Shown here in pieces: positions 41,465-50,550 of a stretch of DNA of 64,000 bases. A program made the translations under genes and the position numbers. How positions within the stretch are numbered: position 1 is the first letter of the stretch; each line of letters opens with the position of its first letter. Source of the DNA: Verrucomicrobiota bacterium (GTDB lineage Bacteria > Verrucomicrobiota > Verrucomicrobiia > Limisphaerales > CANJXF01); NCBI GenBank assembly GCA_038214755.1, contig JBBQRQ010000015.1, forward strand, positions 1 through 64,000, written 5' to 3'. The notes under the pieces are model-generated. The model worked only from the letters and a program-made list of their open reading frames with translations. It was not told the DNA's origin and made no database searches.

Positions 41465-41554
41465 TCAATCCTCCACCGGAACAACCAGATTCTCCTTGAT
41501 GTAATCTTTTCGTTCCGGCGTGTTTTTGCCCATGTAAAAGTTTACAATATCCGG
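41465..41554 (-). pseudogene. Remnant C of the parE-like gene 3' end
   Basis: DIVNFYMGKNTPERKDYIKENLVVPVED*; 23/28 aa identical to the C-terminus of 50551..52380. Confidence 0.9.
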
Positions 41555-42009
41555 TTTAGTTAACGAGAGCGGCCAACAGTTTTTCGAATTGGGAAATATT
41601 CTTTTTCTCTTCTGGCAAGGGCTGCATGGGCATGTTGTTTTACGAAATGAGTCAAATCTTCCACGGTAACAAGTTGTTCGGACGGCGTTCGTTTTCGGCC
41701 AACCATCCGGCGAATCGGCTGCTGCATGATTGGCTCGACCTCGTGTTGCACGACTAAAACGTAATCTCTCGGAGGGTGAAGCGTCAACGCGAGGTTTCGA
41801 ATGGCGAGCTGGTTCTTGAGCAACGAACCCGGCGAGGTGCGTGGGGGTCGCGCAATGGATGCTACTGCCCACTAATCTGGATCACGCTGTGTCCGCGATT
41901 TTTGAAATTCGATCCGACGGAAATTTCGCCTGACAAAAAACCTCATTAGTTTTCCGTAAAGATTCAGTGACACTTACCTCGAACATAGTAATCTGAAATA
42001 GTAATCTGA

Positions 42010-42216
42010 ACACTGAAGCCATTCATCTATGCACCTCCATCAGTAACAATGTACATTCAAAGGTCCGGCTCGGACCTGCAATTGACATGGTCGCAGGGAA
42101 CGTTGCAGGAGGCGGATGTGATAACCGGGCCATGGACAACAGTCACCAACGCCACTTCGCCCTACACGGTGACGCCGAACGGCGTCCAGAAATTCTATCG
42201 TGTGCTGGTGCAATAA
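42010..42216 (+). pseudogene. Orphan C-terminal tail of a secreted Verrucomicrobia-type protein
   Basis: ...[59 protein letters not shown]; in-frame stop just upstream; no signal peptide or main body. Confidence 0.65.
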
Positions 42217-42223
42217 AGCATTT

Positions 42224-42985
42224 ATGACGAACCGCCGAAAATCCGCCGCGGCTCTAACTGGGGAGCAGGCCTTTACCTTGATTGAACTGCTGGTGGTCAT
42301 TGCCATTATCGCTATTCTGGCGGGACTGCTCTTGCCGGCGCTTTCCAAGGCCAAGATGAAAGCCGCCCAGATTCAAGATTTGAATAACCAAAAACAGTTG
42401 TGTTTGGGAATGTTCATGTATCTCGACAGCAATGCGGATCTTTTTCCGGGATGCGCTTCCCGTAACACCTACGGTTTTCATGTCGAGGATTGGATTTATT
42501 GGCGGGCGAATCAACCGGCGTATCCCATTATAAAAAGTCCCATCGTCGCTTATCTCGGCAGCGTGAATAGTAATCTTTTCCGCTGCCCGCTGGACAAGGA
42601 TGACAGCGAGCGACTAAAACTCGCTGCCAGCGATGGACAAAGCCCTTATTACTCCAGTTATAGTGTGACCAGTTACGGTTTGAATGGCACGACCTGCATC
42701 GGAATGACGGGAATCAATGACGGAACCTGGCATCCCTTTCGCAAGAGCAACATTAAAAATCCGACGTCGAAAATCATGATCGCCGAAGAACAATCTTCTT
42801 ATAAACGAGGCGAAGTCTCTGATCCAGGCGCCAGCATCATCAATGATGGACGGTGGGCTGCGCCTGGCGATGTGCTGACCAGTCGCCACAACGGACGAGG
42901 CAGTGTCGGATATGCCGACGGCCACGTGACCGCGATTAAATGGCGAGTCGGATTAAACCAAACTAATTCGCGACCCGATTATTGA
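42224..42985 (+). CDS. Prepilin-type N-terminal methylation protein with H-X9-DG motif
   Basis: [30 protein letters not shown]-terminal [14 protein letters not shown]. Confidence 0.9.
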   Translation: MTNRRKSAAALTGEQAFTLIELLVVIAIIAILAGLLLPALSKAKMKAAQIQDLNNQKQLCLGMFMYLDSNADLFPGCASRNTYGFHVEDWIYWRANQPAYPIIKSPIVAYLGSVNSNLFRCPLDKDDSERLKLAASDGQSPYYSSYSVTSYGLNGTTCIGMTGINDGTWHPFRKSNIKNPTSKIMIAEEQSSYKRGEVSDPGASIINDGRWAAPGDVLTSRHNGRGSVGYADGHVTAIKWRVGLNQTNSRPDY

Positions 42986-43016
42986 TTAACTCGGTTTGCT
43001 TCTCCTTTTTCAGCGT

Positions 43017-43415
43017 ATGAAACATCTGGCCTTCATTCTATTTGGTATCTGTCTTCTCTCAGCCTGCAAAAAGAAAGAACCGCCGGCTTCAACCCCCGCG
43101 CCGGGTGAGGCCAAACCAGAAGCCACCGTTCCCGCAACCTCAGCGCAAAATCCAACCCCATCTAAACCATTGCCGCCGCCTCCCCAATTCGTTTCGGCCC
43201 GCGCGGATAACTCCATTCGGCAGAGTATCAGCGGCGAAGTGGACCCGTTTCTGACACAGCAGCTCCGCACGTTCGTCCAGCGGAAACAGCGCCTGCCGGA
43301 AAGTTTTGCAGAATTCGCCATGACAAGGCTTGACAGCATTCCTCGCCCGCCCGATGGGAAAAAATGGGCCATTGATACCGCCGATCTCAGCGTGAAGTCC
43401 GTGTTCGCCAAGTAG
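43017..43415 (+). CDS. Small Pro-rich lipoprotein
   Basis: LSAC lipobox, Pro/Ala linker, C-terminal RLPESFAEF...PRPPDGKKWAID. Confidence 0.75.
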   Translation: MKHLAFILFGICLLSACKKKEPPASTPAPGEAKPEATVPATSAQNPTPSKPLPPPPQFVSARADNSIRQSISGEVDPFLTQQLRTFVQRKQRLPESFAEFAMTRLDSIPRPPDGKKWAIDTADLSVKSVFAK

Positions 43416-43710
43416 TGGCTATCGCCTTACCGATCCCGATCCAGGGTCTTCGTGCCCAAACCGACACTGCTCGCGCGCTTTGCGATTTTGCGATTGGTCA
43501 AAACCACGTCCAGATCGTAGTCGCACCCTCATAGCACAAGTGACCAGTTGCTGCCGGACAAACAACCAAGGTCCTTCTTGGAGGTGTGGACGCGAAATTG
43601 TAAGGCCACGTGAGTTTCGAGGCCGAGCCGACGGAAAGAGATTTGACCCTCACCGGCAGCATCGGGCCAGTTGCCTTCTGCCGCGCGTTGGGCTTTCGAT
43701 TTGCCCGCTT

Positions 43711-44040
43711 TCATTTGGCAGTGATGTGTTCCGATGATGCCACGACTACATGCTGTCTCTCAATTTCGCGGCGGAACGGTTCAGGAACCCGCGCCCAATC
43801 CAACACTTCAACAAGTATGGGAAGGTTACTTTCGATGAGCGCCGCCCGGAGTCGATGAATATTCTTCTCCGGCTGATTCAACTGAGCCGGATGGCGAAGG
43901 ACGAGGTCGAGATCCGAACCTTCGTGCCCATCGCCAGCCACGCGGCTGCCGTAAGCCCACACTTCCGCGTCCGGTATGTGCTGCTCCAAAATGTCGAGCA
44001 GCATTCGCAAATGAGAAGGTGGGAGATCAAGTGTCGGCAT
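43711..44040 (-). CDS. Minimal nucleotidyltransferase (MNT) antitoxin
   Basis: VWAYGSRV...SDLDL (GSx10DxD) and LPILVEVLDW. Confidence 0.9.
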   Translation of the reverse strand: MPTLDLPPSHLRMLLDILEQHIPDAEVWAYGSRVAGDGHEGSDLDLVLRHPAQLNQPEKNIHRLRAALIESNLPILVEVLDWARVPEPFRREIERQHVVVASSEHITAK

Positions 44041-44458
44041 GGCCAAATTTTTCGTGAAGCGTCTTTTCAACGTGGCGCGCGTCAATGATAAAGTCGGGCA
44101 GCAGGACAAGAGTTTCTTCGGCAAAACCTTCGCCGTAATCATGCGCGGTATTGTTGCGATTGTCGCGATAGGCGAACCACCGTTCGACCGCGGCATTATC
44201 CAGCAGATTGTGTTTGGCCGCGTGCCGGAGAACGTCTTTGTAGGTCAACTCATCCACCGCGCGCGGATTGCCCACGTAGGATTTGATGGCTTTGCGCAAA
44301 AGTTTCCCCGCCGTTTCCAAAGTCAGTTCATAACCTTTGACCGTCGCATTGCGGAAAATTTCGTAGTCAATGCTGCCCGCCGGTGCCTGCCGCAATTGGA
44401 CCAGAGATTTCTCCAACGTCTCGATGCAGCGCGAAAGATGTTCAGTCCTGAGATTCAT
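44027..44458 (-). CDS. HEPN toxin, HI0074-like nucleotidyltransferase substrate-binding family
   Basis: YELTLE and RNNTAHDY (RxxxxH); overlaps the MNT gene. Confidence 0.9.
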   Translation of the reverse strand: MNLRTEHLSRCIETLEKSLVQLRQAPAGSIDYEIFRNATVKGYELTLETAGKLLRKAIKSYVGNPRAVDELTYKDVLRHAAKHNLLDNAAVERWFAYRDNRNNTAHDYGEGFAEETLVLLPDFIIDARHVEKTLHEKFGHADT

Positions 44459-44562
44459 GGCCTTCGTGTCACGGAAAATTTAGCGCAGACAGATTGCGGC
44501 GGATAGTTTTTTTCGCGTGTCATGGCGCGAAAAGATGGGACTAAATTCAAATCAGAACAACC

Positions 44563-44773
44563 TCAATCCTCCGCGGGCACGACGAGGTTCTCCATGATGT
44601 AATCTTTTCGTTCCGACCTGTTTTTGCCCATGTAAAAATTGAGAATGTCCGAAGCGCTGGACTTGGGCGCGCGTTCCACGTGGCTCAAGCGCATTTCTTT
44701 TCCGACGAATTGCTTGAACGCGCTGGGATTGATTTCGCCGAGTCGTTTGGAGCGCATGATCTTCGGTTTGCCG
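44563..44773 (-). pseudogene. Remnant B of the parE-like gene 3' end
   Basis: GKPKIMRSKRLGEINPSAFKQFVGKEMRL...KDYIMENLVVPAED*; last 59 aa are 47/59 identical to the intact gene; conserved RFKGLGE has decayed to RSKRLGE. Confidence 0.92.
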
Positions 44774-44977
44774 ACACTTAAGCGTCCGCACGTGCAACGT
44801 GTTGTCTCGAAGGGCCAAAGGGGGCAACACCCAGGCAGCCGGATTAAAGTCCTGAAGGGTCAAAACGATTAAAAAACAGATTGCTGTAACCTTTCGCCCT
44901 TGGGAATCGTAATCCACAGTGAGTCGGTGCGTGGGTGTCCGGCGGAGAAACTGGTAAACAAAAAAAGAAAGCATATT

Positions 44978-45934
44978 ATGAAAGCAATTTGGAAATGCGG
45001 TCTGGCAGCAGGATGTCTCATCAGCGCTTTGGCGCCAAGCTTCGCGGAACCCTTGCAGCGCAACGCCGTCGTGAGCGAAGCGGCTTGGGTGCTGCACGTG
45101 GACGTGGATGCGTTGCGCTCAACCGCCGTCGGCAAGCAAATTCTCACCCAGTTGGAGACGCTGGAGGAACAGGCAAAGTTCCTGGTTTACAAAATGATTT
45201 TGAGCTTTGATCCGCGGCGGGCGCTTCACGGTGTCACCCTCTACGGCACGTCGGCGGCACCGGAAGAAGGAGTGGCTTTGGTTTACGCGGACTTCGATCC
45301 GCCTCATCTGACCAGGCTGGCTGAGATGGCGGAGGATCATCGCTCGACCACCAACCGGCAGCGCGTCGTGCATAACTGGATCGACGCCAAACGGCGTGAG
45401 AAGGAGGGCGGTGAACCTCGCACCTACGCCGCCATTCATGGCAAAGTGGTCATTTTCGGGCAGAAGGAACAACGTGTGGTCGAGACCCTGAATGTGCTGG
45501 ATGGTCTGAAGCCAAGCCTCAAGCCCGGCGCTTTGCTCACAAAACCGGCCTCGGCGGGCGAATCGCTTATTATCGAGGGCGCGGCGAAGAAACTGGATTT
45601 AAAAGGGTCGGAGCCGCACGCCGCCATTCTCAAGCAGGCGAAAAGTATTTCGCTCACGGTCGCGGAAAAGGGAGGGCACGTCGTAGGGACGATGGGTCTC
45701 GATGCCGCAGATGAAGAAGCCGGGAAAAACATGGCGGCACTGGCGCGCGGCTTGGTGGCTCTGCTCGCATTGCAAAAGGACAAGCCGGAAACCGTCAAGT
45801 TTGCGCAGGGCCTTTCAGTGGTCGAAGACGGAGCGCGCACGTTGGTCAAGCTGTCTCTGCCGAGCGAGGAAGTCATTAAAGCCATGCAGGCCAAGGCGGC
45901 CCAAAAGGACCCTGCGAAACAGCCTGCGAACTGA
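44978..45934 (+). CDS. Exported hypothetical protein
   Basis: Signal peptide ending PSFA; long ORF heading a co-oriented five-gene run. Confidence 0.75.
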   Translation: MKAIWKCGLAAGCLISALAPSFAEPLQRNAVVSEAAWVLHVDVDALRSTAVGKQILTQLETLEEQAKFLVYKMILSFDPRRALHGVTLYGTSAAPEEGVALVYADFDPPHLTRLAEMAEDHRSTTNRQRVVHNWIDAKRREKEGGEPRTYAAIHGKVVIFGQKEQRVVETLNVLDGLKPSLKPGALLTKPASAGESLIIEGAAKKLDLKGSEPHAAILKQAKSISLTVAEKGGHVVGTMGLDAADEEAGKNMAALARGLVALLALQKDKPETVKFAQGLSVVEDGARTLVKLSLPSEEVIKAMQAKAAQKDPAKQPAN

Positions 45935-45961
45935 ACAAGCTGCATTCAACGCTTCGCATCC

Positions 45962-46618
45962 ATGAACACCGCCCGCAACGAAGCTTGCGACGAAGAACTG
46001 GCACGGTCTGCCCAATCCGGTGCCACGGCCAGTTTCGAGGAACTGGTGTGGCGCTACGAAGGGCGACTGTTCCGGTTTCTCAAACAGTCCTGTCGGAACG
46101 AAGCCGACGCTGCCGACCTCACGCAGGAGGCGTTCGTGGCAGCATACGCGAACCTGGCGCGATACGATTCGGAGCGATCCTTCGCCACGTGGCTGTTCAC
46201 CATCGCCCGGCGGAAACTCATTGACCATTTCCGCGCCAAGCGACCGGCGGATGAGGCGTCGCTGCCAGAGATGGTGGATGAAGACGATCCTGCTGTGCTG
46301 CTTGAGCGCCGGGACGAACAGCAAGCCTTGTGGAATGTGGCGCGCTCGGTCCTGACGCCGGTGCAATTTGAGGCCCTCTGGCTGAAGTACGTGGAGGAAA
46401 TGAGCGTGGCGCAAATCGCCCGTGTGCTGGGCCGCCTCCAACCGCACGTGAAAGTCATTCTGTTCCGGGCCCGCGCGGCACTGGCTGCCGAATTGGAAAG
46501 GTCGGCACAGCGCGACACGACCAATCAGGCGGGAACTCGATCTCCGGAGTTTCGCCCAAATTCACCAACGAATCTTTCCAGGTTGGCAATCGCCTGGGCA
46601 TCTGACCAACGGCTATGA
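45962..46618 (+). CDS. ECF RNA polymerase sigma-70 factor
   Basis: DEELA, DAADLTQEAFV, FATWLFTIARR, MSVAQIARVL, VKVILFRAR. Confidence 0.92.
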   Translation: MNTARNEACDEELARSAQSGATASFEELVWRYEGRLFRFLKQSCRNEADAADLTQEAFVAAYANLARYDSERSFATWLFTIARRKLIDHFRAKRPADEASLPEMVDEDDPAVLLERRDEQQALWNVARSVLTPVQFEALWLKYVEEMSVAQIARVLGRLQPHVKVILFRARAALAAELERSAQRDTTNQAGTRSPEFRPNSPTNLSRLAIAWASDQRL

Positions 46619-47139
46619 AAACGCTATTCGCGAAATTCAAAATCTCGAGCGCGCTCGATGAGTCCAAATCGCAGACTACGGAACCGGGCGAAGCCGGATC
46701 TCCCGAGGTTCGCAGTTTCGGAGAATCCCTCCGGTCTCTCGACCAGCGACTCAAAGATTCCCGGCCACGCGATGGGGCGCCTGAGGGGCTGCACGGCTCG
46801 GTAATGCGCGCAGTGCGGCAAACCGCCCAAGAGCGGGCGACCCAGGCTGAGCCGAAAGCCGCCTCGTGGTTCCGTCCGGCCTGGCTGGCCGCACCGGCTT
46901 TGGTGCTTTTGGCCCTGGCGACAGTGTGGTGGTTTAACCGAGGCACTGCGCCCGATCAACCCACAGTCGCGGTTGGTCCGGCGCAACCATCTATTGCCGG
47001 CGCTGCAGAGCTTCTGGAGGTCGGCGGTCAGGCGCAGAAGGCGACGGCTGTCGCATTGTCACCTTTGTCGGCGGAAGCGGAGTTTCTGAAACAAGACCTG
47101 CAAAACGTCGCGGAGTTTCTGTTGGCCAGCCTGCCGTAA
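46615..47139 (+). CDS. Single-TM putative anti-sigma factor
   Basis: ATGA overlap with the ECF gene; ISSALD, LHGSVMRAV, one TM helix. Confidence 0.7.
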   Translation: MKTLFAKFKISSALDESKSQTTEPGEAGSPEVRSFGESLRSLDQRLKDSRPRDGAPEGLHGSVMRAVRQTAQERATQAEPKAASWFRPAWLAAPALVLLALATVWWFNRGTAPDQPTVAVGPAQPSIAGAAELLEVGGQAQKATAVALSPLSAEAEFLKQDLQNVAEFLLASLP

Positions 47140-47202
47140 GAAGGCCAATGCGCTTCCGTACTCGATAAGTGTTAGCCGTCAACAGATTCGTTAAATGGTA
47201 AT

Positions 47203-49152
47203 ATGAAGACTTCAATTTTGCTGCTCGGATTTTTGGTCGTGGGCCTCACCTTGCGGGAAAGTGTGAACGCGGCGCCCGCCGGATGGGCCAACGACCTTTC
47301 GCCCATCACCGCAAAGGACTGGAACTTTGCTCGGGCCGCGCACCTGTTGGAACGCGCCGCTTTCGGCGGTACGCCGGAGGAAATTGCGAAGCTCGCTAGG
47401 ATGACGCCAGCCGACGCAGTGAATTGCCTCGTTGATTACCAAAAGATTGATGACCGTTCGTTACCAGCCTTCGAGCATTCCGGCATTTACCCAAACGGGC
47501 ACAAGCTGGCCTCGCTCGGAGAAGTGGCGAAAGACGTGTTCGCGACTGGCAAGGCGTATGGCGTGCCCGCGGCGCGCGAGGGCAAGCTGCCATTTCAGCC
47601 GGCGATCAATGAGTTCTACACGCTGCTGTTCAGCGAGCACGCTGAAATGTTGCGCGCGGGCTTGTGGTGGGCCAACCGGATGCTCGTCACGCCGCGCCCG
47701 GTCCAGGAAAAGCTCACGCTCTTCTGGCACGATCACTTCGCCACCAGCCAGGAAAAGGTCGCGAATCACGAACTGATGCTGGGACAGATCGAGACGCTGC
47801 GCCGGCACGCCAACGGCAACTTCCGCGACCTGCTTGTCGCCTTGGCCCAGGACCCGGCGATGTTGATCTGGCTCGACAACCGCGAGAATGTGAAGGGCCG
47901 GCCAAACGAAAACTTCGCCCGGGAAATCATGGAACTGTTCTGCATGGGTGAAGGGCAGGGCTACTCCGAAAGCGACATCCGCGAATTGGCGCGGGCGTTC
48001 ACCGGCTGGACCCTGCGGCCCATCAAGACCACAAACGATGCCGCCCGGTTCGTCGCGGACCCAAAACTGCACGACGATGGAGTGAAGACTTTCCTCGGTG
48101 AAACCGGACGTTTCAACGGTTACGACGCCATTGACATCATTCTCAAGCAACGCGCCACGCCGCGGTTCATCACGCGCAAGCTCTACCGCGAGTTCGTCCG
48201 CGAAGAGATTACACCCGAACTCAATGAACGACTCGCCCGGCTGCTCGTGGAGTCCCACTATGAACTCAAGCCGGTGCTAAACACGATTTTCCTTTCGCGC
48301 GATTTCTACTCCGCGCCGTCAATCGGCACGCAGGTCAAGCCGCCCATTCAGTTCCTGGTCTCGACGTGGCACAAGCTCGGTCTGCGCGGGGCGCCGGGCA
48401 TTCCGGACTTCACCGAAACCGCCGGTGGGTTGGGACAAGTGCTGTTCTATCCACCCAATGTGGCGGGCTGGCCGGGGGGCCGTTCGTGGATCAACCCAGC
48501 CACGCTGCTTGCGCGCGGCAACTACATCCACACGCTGCTCTTCCCAGACCCGGCTCGCTACGTCCCGCCCGACAAGGTCGTCCTTGAAGGCTATCGTCAA
48601 ATCCCGGAGTTGTTCCCGCAGTATGAAATTCAGCCGCATCTGTGGAATCCCAAGACCGGGCGGATGGAACCAGTCTCAATGCGCGAATACAGAAAATTTC
48701 TCGCCCAGCTTGACGCCGGGCCGATGAAGGCAAAGGGCATTGATGAAGCGCCCATGCTCAGCTCCAACGCGATAATGGCTTCTCCGGGCGAAGGAAAATC
48801 CAAAATGAGCCAGATGGCCGACACCGAATGGTTCAATCTCGCAGTAGGCGTTTACTCTGGAATCGTCGAAGCCTTCAATCGCGTGAAACCTGTCCCGCGC
48901 ATCCCGGCAAAAGTGGATTTCGTGGCGATGGCGCGCTCGGCCCAAGTGGCAACGGTCGAGGAAGCGGTGGATTACTTTTGCCGCCGTTTTCTGAGCGTCA
49001 ACCTGGCTTCGGATCGCCGCGCCTCCATCGTCGAGTTTTTGAGAAGTGAACTGAACTCGGCGCGACTCAACTATGACGATGGATCTCTTTCGATTGCGTT
49101 GCGTCGCGTTGTCCACCTGATTCTCAGCGCGCCGGAATATCAACTTGGATGA
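47203..49152 (+). CDS. DUF1800 family protein
   Basis: AAHLLERAAFG, QEKLTLFWHDHFAT, PAMLIWLDN, PNENFAREIMELF, PPNVAGW, PEYQL. Confidence 0.92.
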   Translation: MKTSILLLGFLVVGLTLRESVNAAPAGWANDLSPITAKDWNFARAAHLLERAAFGGTPEEIAKLARMTPADAVNCLVDYQKIDDRSLPAFEHSGIYPNGHKLASLGEVAKDVFATGKAYGVPAAREGKLPFQPAINEFYTLLFSEHAEMLRAGLWWANRMLVTPRPVQEKLTLFWHDHFATSQEKVANHELMLGQIETLRRHANGNFRDLLVALAQDPAMLIWLDNRENVKGRPNENFAREIMELFCMGEGQGYSESDIRELARAFTGWTLRPIKTTNDAARFVADPKLHDDGVKTFLGETGRFNGYDAIDIILKQRATPRFITRKLYREFVREEITPELNERLARLLVESHYELKPVLNTIFLSRDFYSAPSIGTQVKPPIQFLVSTWHKLGLRGAPGIPDFTETAGGLGQVLFYPPNVAGWPGGRSWINPATLLARGNYIHTLLFPDPARYVPPDKVVLEGYRQIPELFPQYEIQPHLWNPKTGRMEPVSMREYRKFLAQLDAGPMKAKGIDEAPMLSSNAIMASPGEGKSKMSQMADTEWFNLAVGVYSGIVEAFNRVKPVPRIPAKVDFVAMARSAQVATVEEAVDYFCRRFLSVNLASDRRASIVEFLRSELNSARLNYDDGSLSIALRRVVHLILSAPEYQLG

Positions 49153-49186
49153 AGCAGTCCCATACTCGATCACCTCCTTTACAGCC

Positions 49187-50437
49187 ATGAACATCATCAA
49201 CCGTTCCTTCCCAACCAGCCGTCGCGATTTCCTCCGCGCGGGTCTTTATGCAGTGGGTGTTTCCGCTGGGCTTCCGGCTTTCTTCCGCCAGATGAGCCTT
49301 GCCGAAACCGCTAACGCATTGAACGGCGCGCCGGAGAAAAATCCCAACCGCATCCTTGTTGTGCTCGAACTCAGCGGTGGCAATGACGGTTTGAACACCG
49401 TCGTGCCCTACGTTGACGATGCCTATCACCGCGCCCGTCCGAAACTGGCCATCCGGGCGAACAAGGTCTTGAAGCTCGACGATCACTTCGGCCTCCACCC
49501 CGCGTGCGAAGGGTTGGAGCGCTTGTTCAAAGACGGCCAGCTCGCCATCGTGCAGGGTTGCGGCTATCCGAATCCGAACCTCTCGCATTTCACGGCGATG
49601 GAATGGTGGCATACTGCCGTGCCGCGCGGCAACGATCCGCACGGTTGGTTGGGCCGCTTCGCGGACGCCCATTGGCCCAAGCCGGTCGAGAACACCATCG
49701 TCAACATCGCTTCCCGCCAATCTCGCGCCGTCGCCAGTGCGCGCCATTCACCCGTGGTGTTCAACGACCCGAAGAAATTCGGACGCCTCGGCACCGACGC
49801 CCAGCAACGCGTATTCGAGACTTTTGGAAAGCTTTACCCGACCACCAATCCCGCACTGGAGTTTGTGAACGAGATCGCCCGCACCGCAACCGTTGGAGCG
49901 GGCAAGGTGCGCCACGCTTGCGCCGAATACCGCACATTGGTGGATTACGGCAGCGCCAATAACCTGACGCTCGATCTCAAGATGACCGCTGCCATGATCG
50001 CGGCCGGATTGCCCACACGCATTTTCTACCTGAGCCAGGGCGGCTTCGACACCCACGCCGCGCAGGCCGACGGACATCAATTGCTGCTCGTCTATCTATC
50101 CGACGCCTTGCGCGGATTCATGAAGGACATTGAGCGTCTTGGCCGCGCCCATGACGTGGTGGTGATGGTCTTCAGCGAGTTTGGTCGCCGCGTCCGCGAA
50201 AACGCCAGCGGCGGCACCGACCACGGCACGGCCGCGCCGATGTTCGTACTGGGCAAGTCAGTCAAAGGCGGATTCCATGGCACCGCCCCGATCCTCACCG
50301 ACCTCGACGACGGCAACCTAAAAATGACCACCGACTTCCGCTCCGTCTATGCCACCATGCTCGACAGTTGGATGGGCTTTGACGAGACCGCCATTGTCCT
50401 AAAGGGAGATTACCCGGTCTTGCCGGTATTTGCATGA
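49187..50437 (+). CDS. DUF1501 family Tat-exported protein
   Basis: SRRDFL, LSGGNDGLNTVVP, GLHP, SHF, GFDTH, SEFGRR, GTDHG. Confidence 0.92.
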   Translation: MNIINRSFPTSRRDFLRAGLYAVGVSAGLPAFFRQMSLAETANALNGAPEKNPNRILVVLELSGGNDGLNTVVPYVDDAYHRARPKLAIRANKVLKLDDHFGLHPACEGLERLFKDGQLAIVQGCGYPNPNLSHFTAMEWWHTAVPRGNDPHGWLGRFADAHWPKPVENTIVNIASRQSRAVASARHSPVVFNDPKKFGRLGTDAQQRVFETFGKLYPTTNPALEFVNEIARTATVGAGKVRHACAEYRTLVDYGSANNLTLDLKMTAAMIAAGLPTRIFYLSQGGFDTHAAQADGHQLLLVYLSDALRGFMKDIERLGRAHDVVVMVFSEFGRRVRENASGGTDHGTAAPMFVLGKSVKGGFHGTAPILTDLDDGNLKMTTDFRSVYATMLDSWMGFDETAIVLKGDYPVLPVFA

Positions 50438-50550
50438 GGTTGAAACGGAAAACCAGACCTCGTCATTTTTGGCTCTCGCGGACCCCAGGTGCCGAGGAAT
50501 CCAGACCAAAGTCTTCTCCCTCGACTGTCGCATTGTTGGAAACTTTCGCA

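Noticed and set aside
41560..41823. 87-aa minus-strand ORF
   Set aside because: No recognisable family or clear start; could be a gene fragment but cannot be supported.
41465..41872. 135-aa ORF ending in the parE-like tail as a real fusion gene
   Set aside because: The upstream part is low-information and only the last 28 or so codons are homologous; treated as a remnant.
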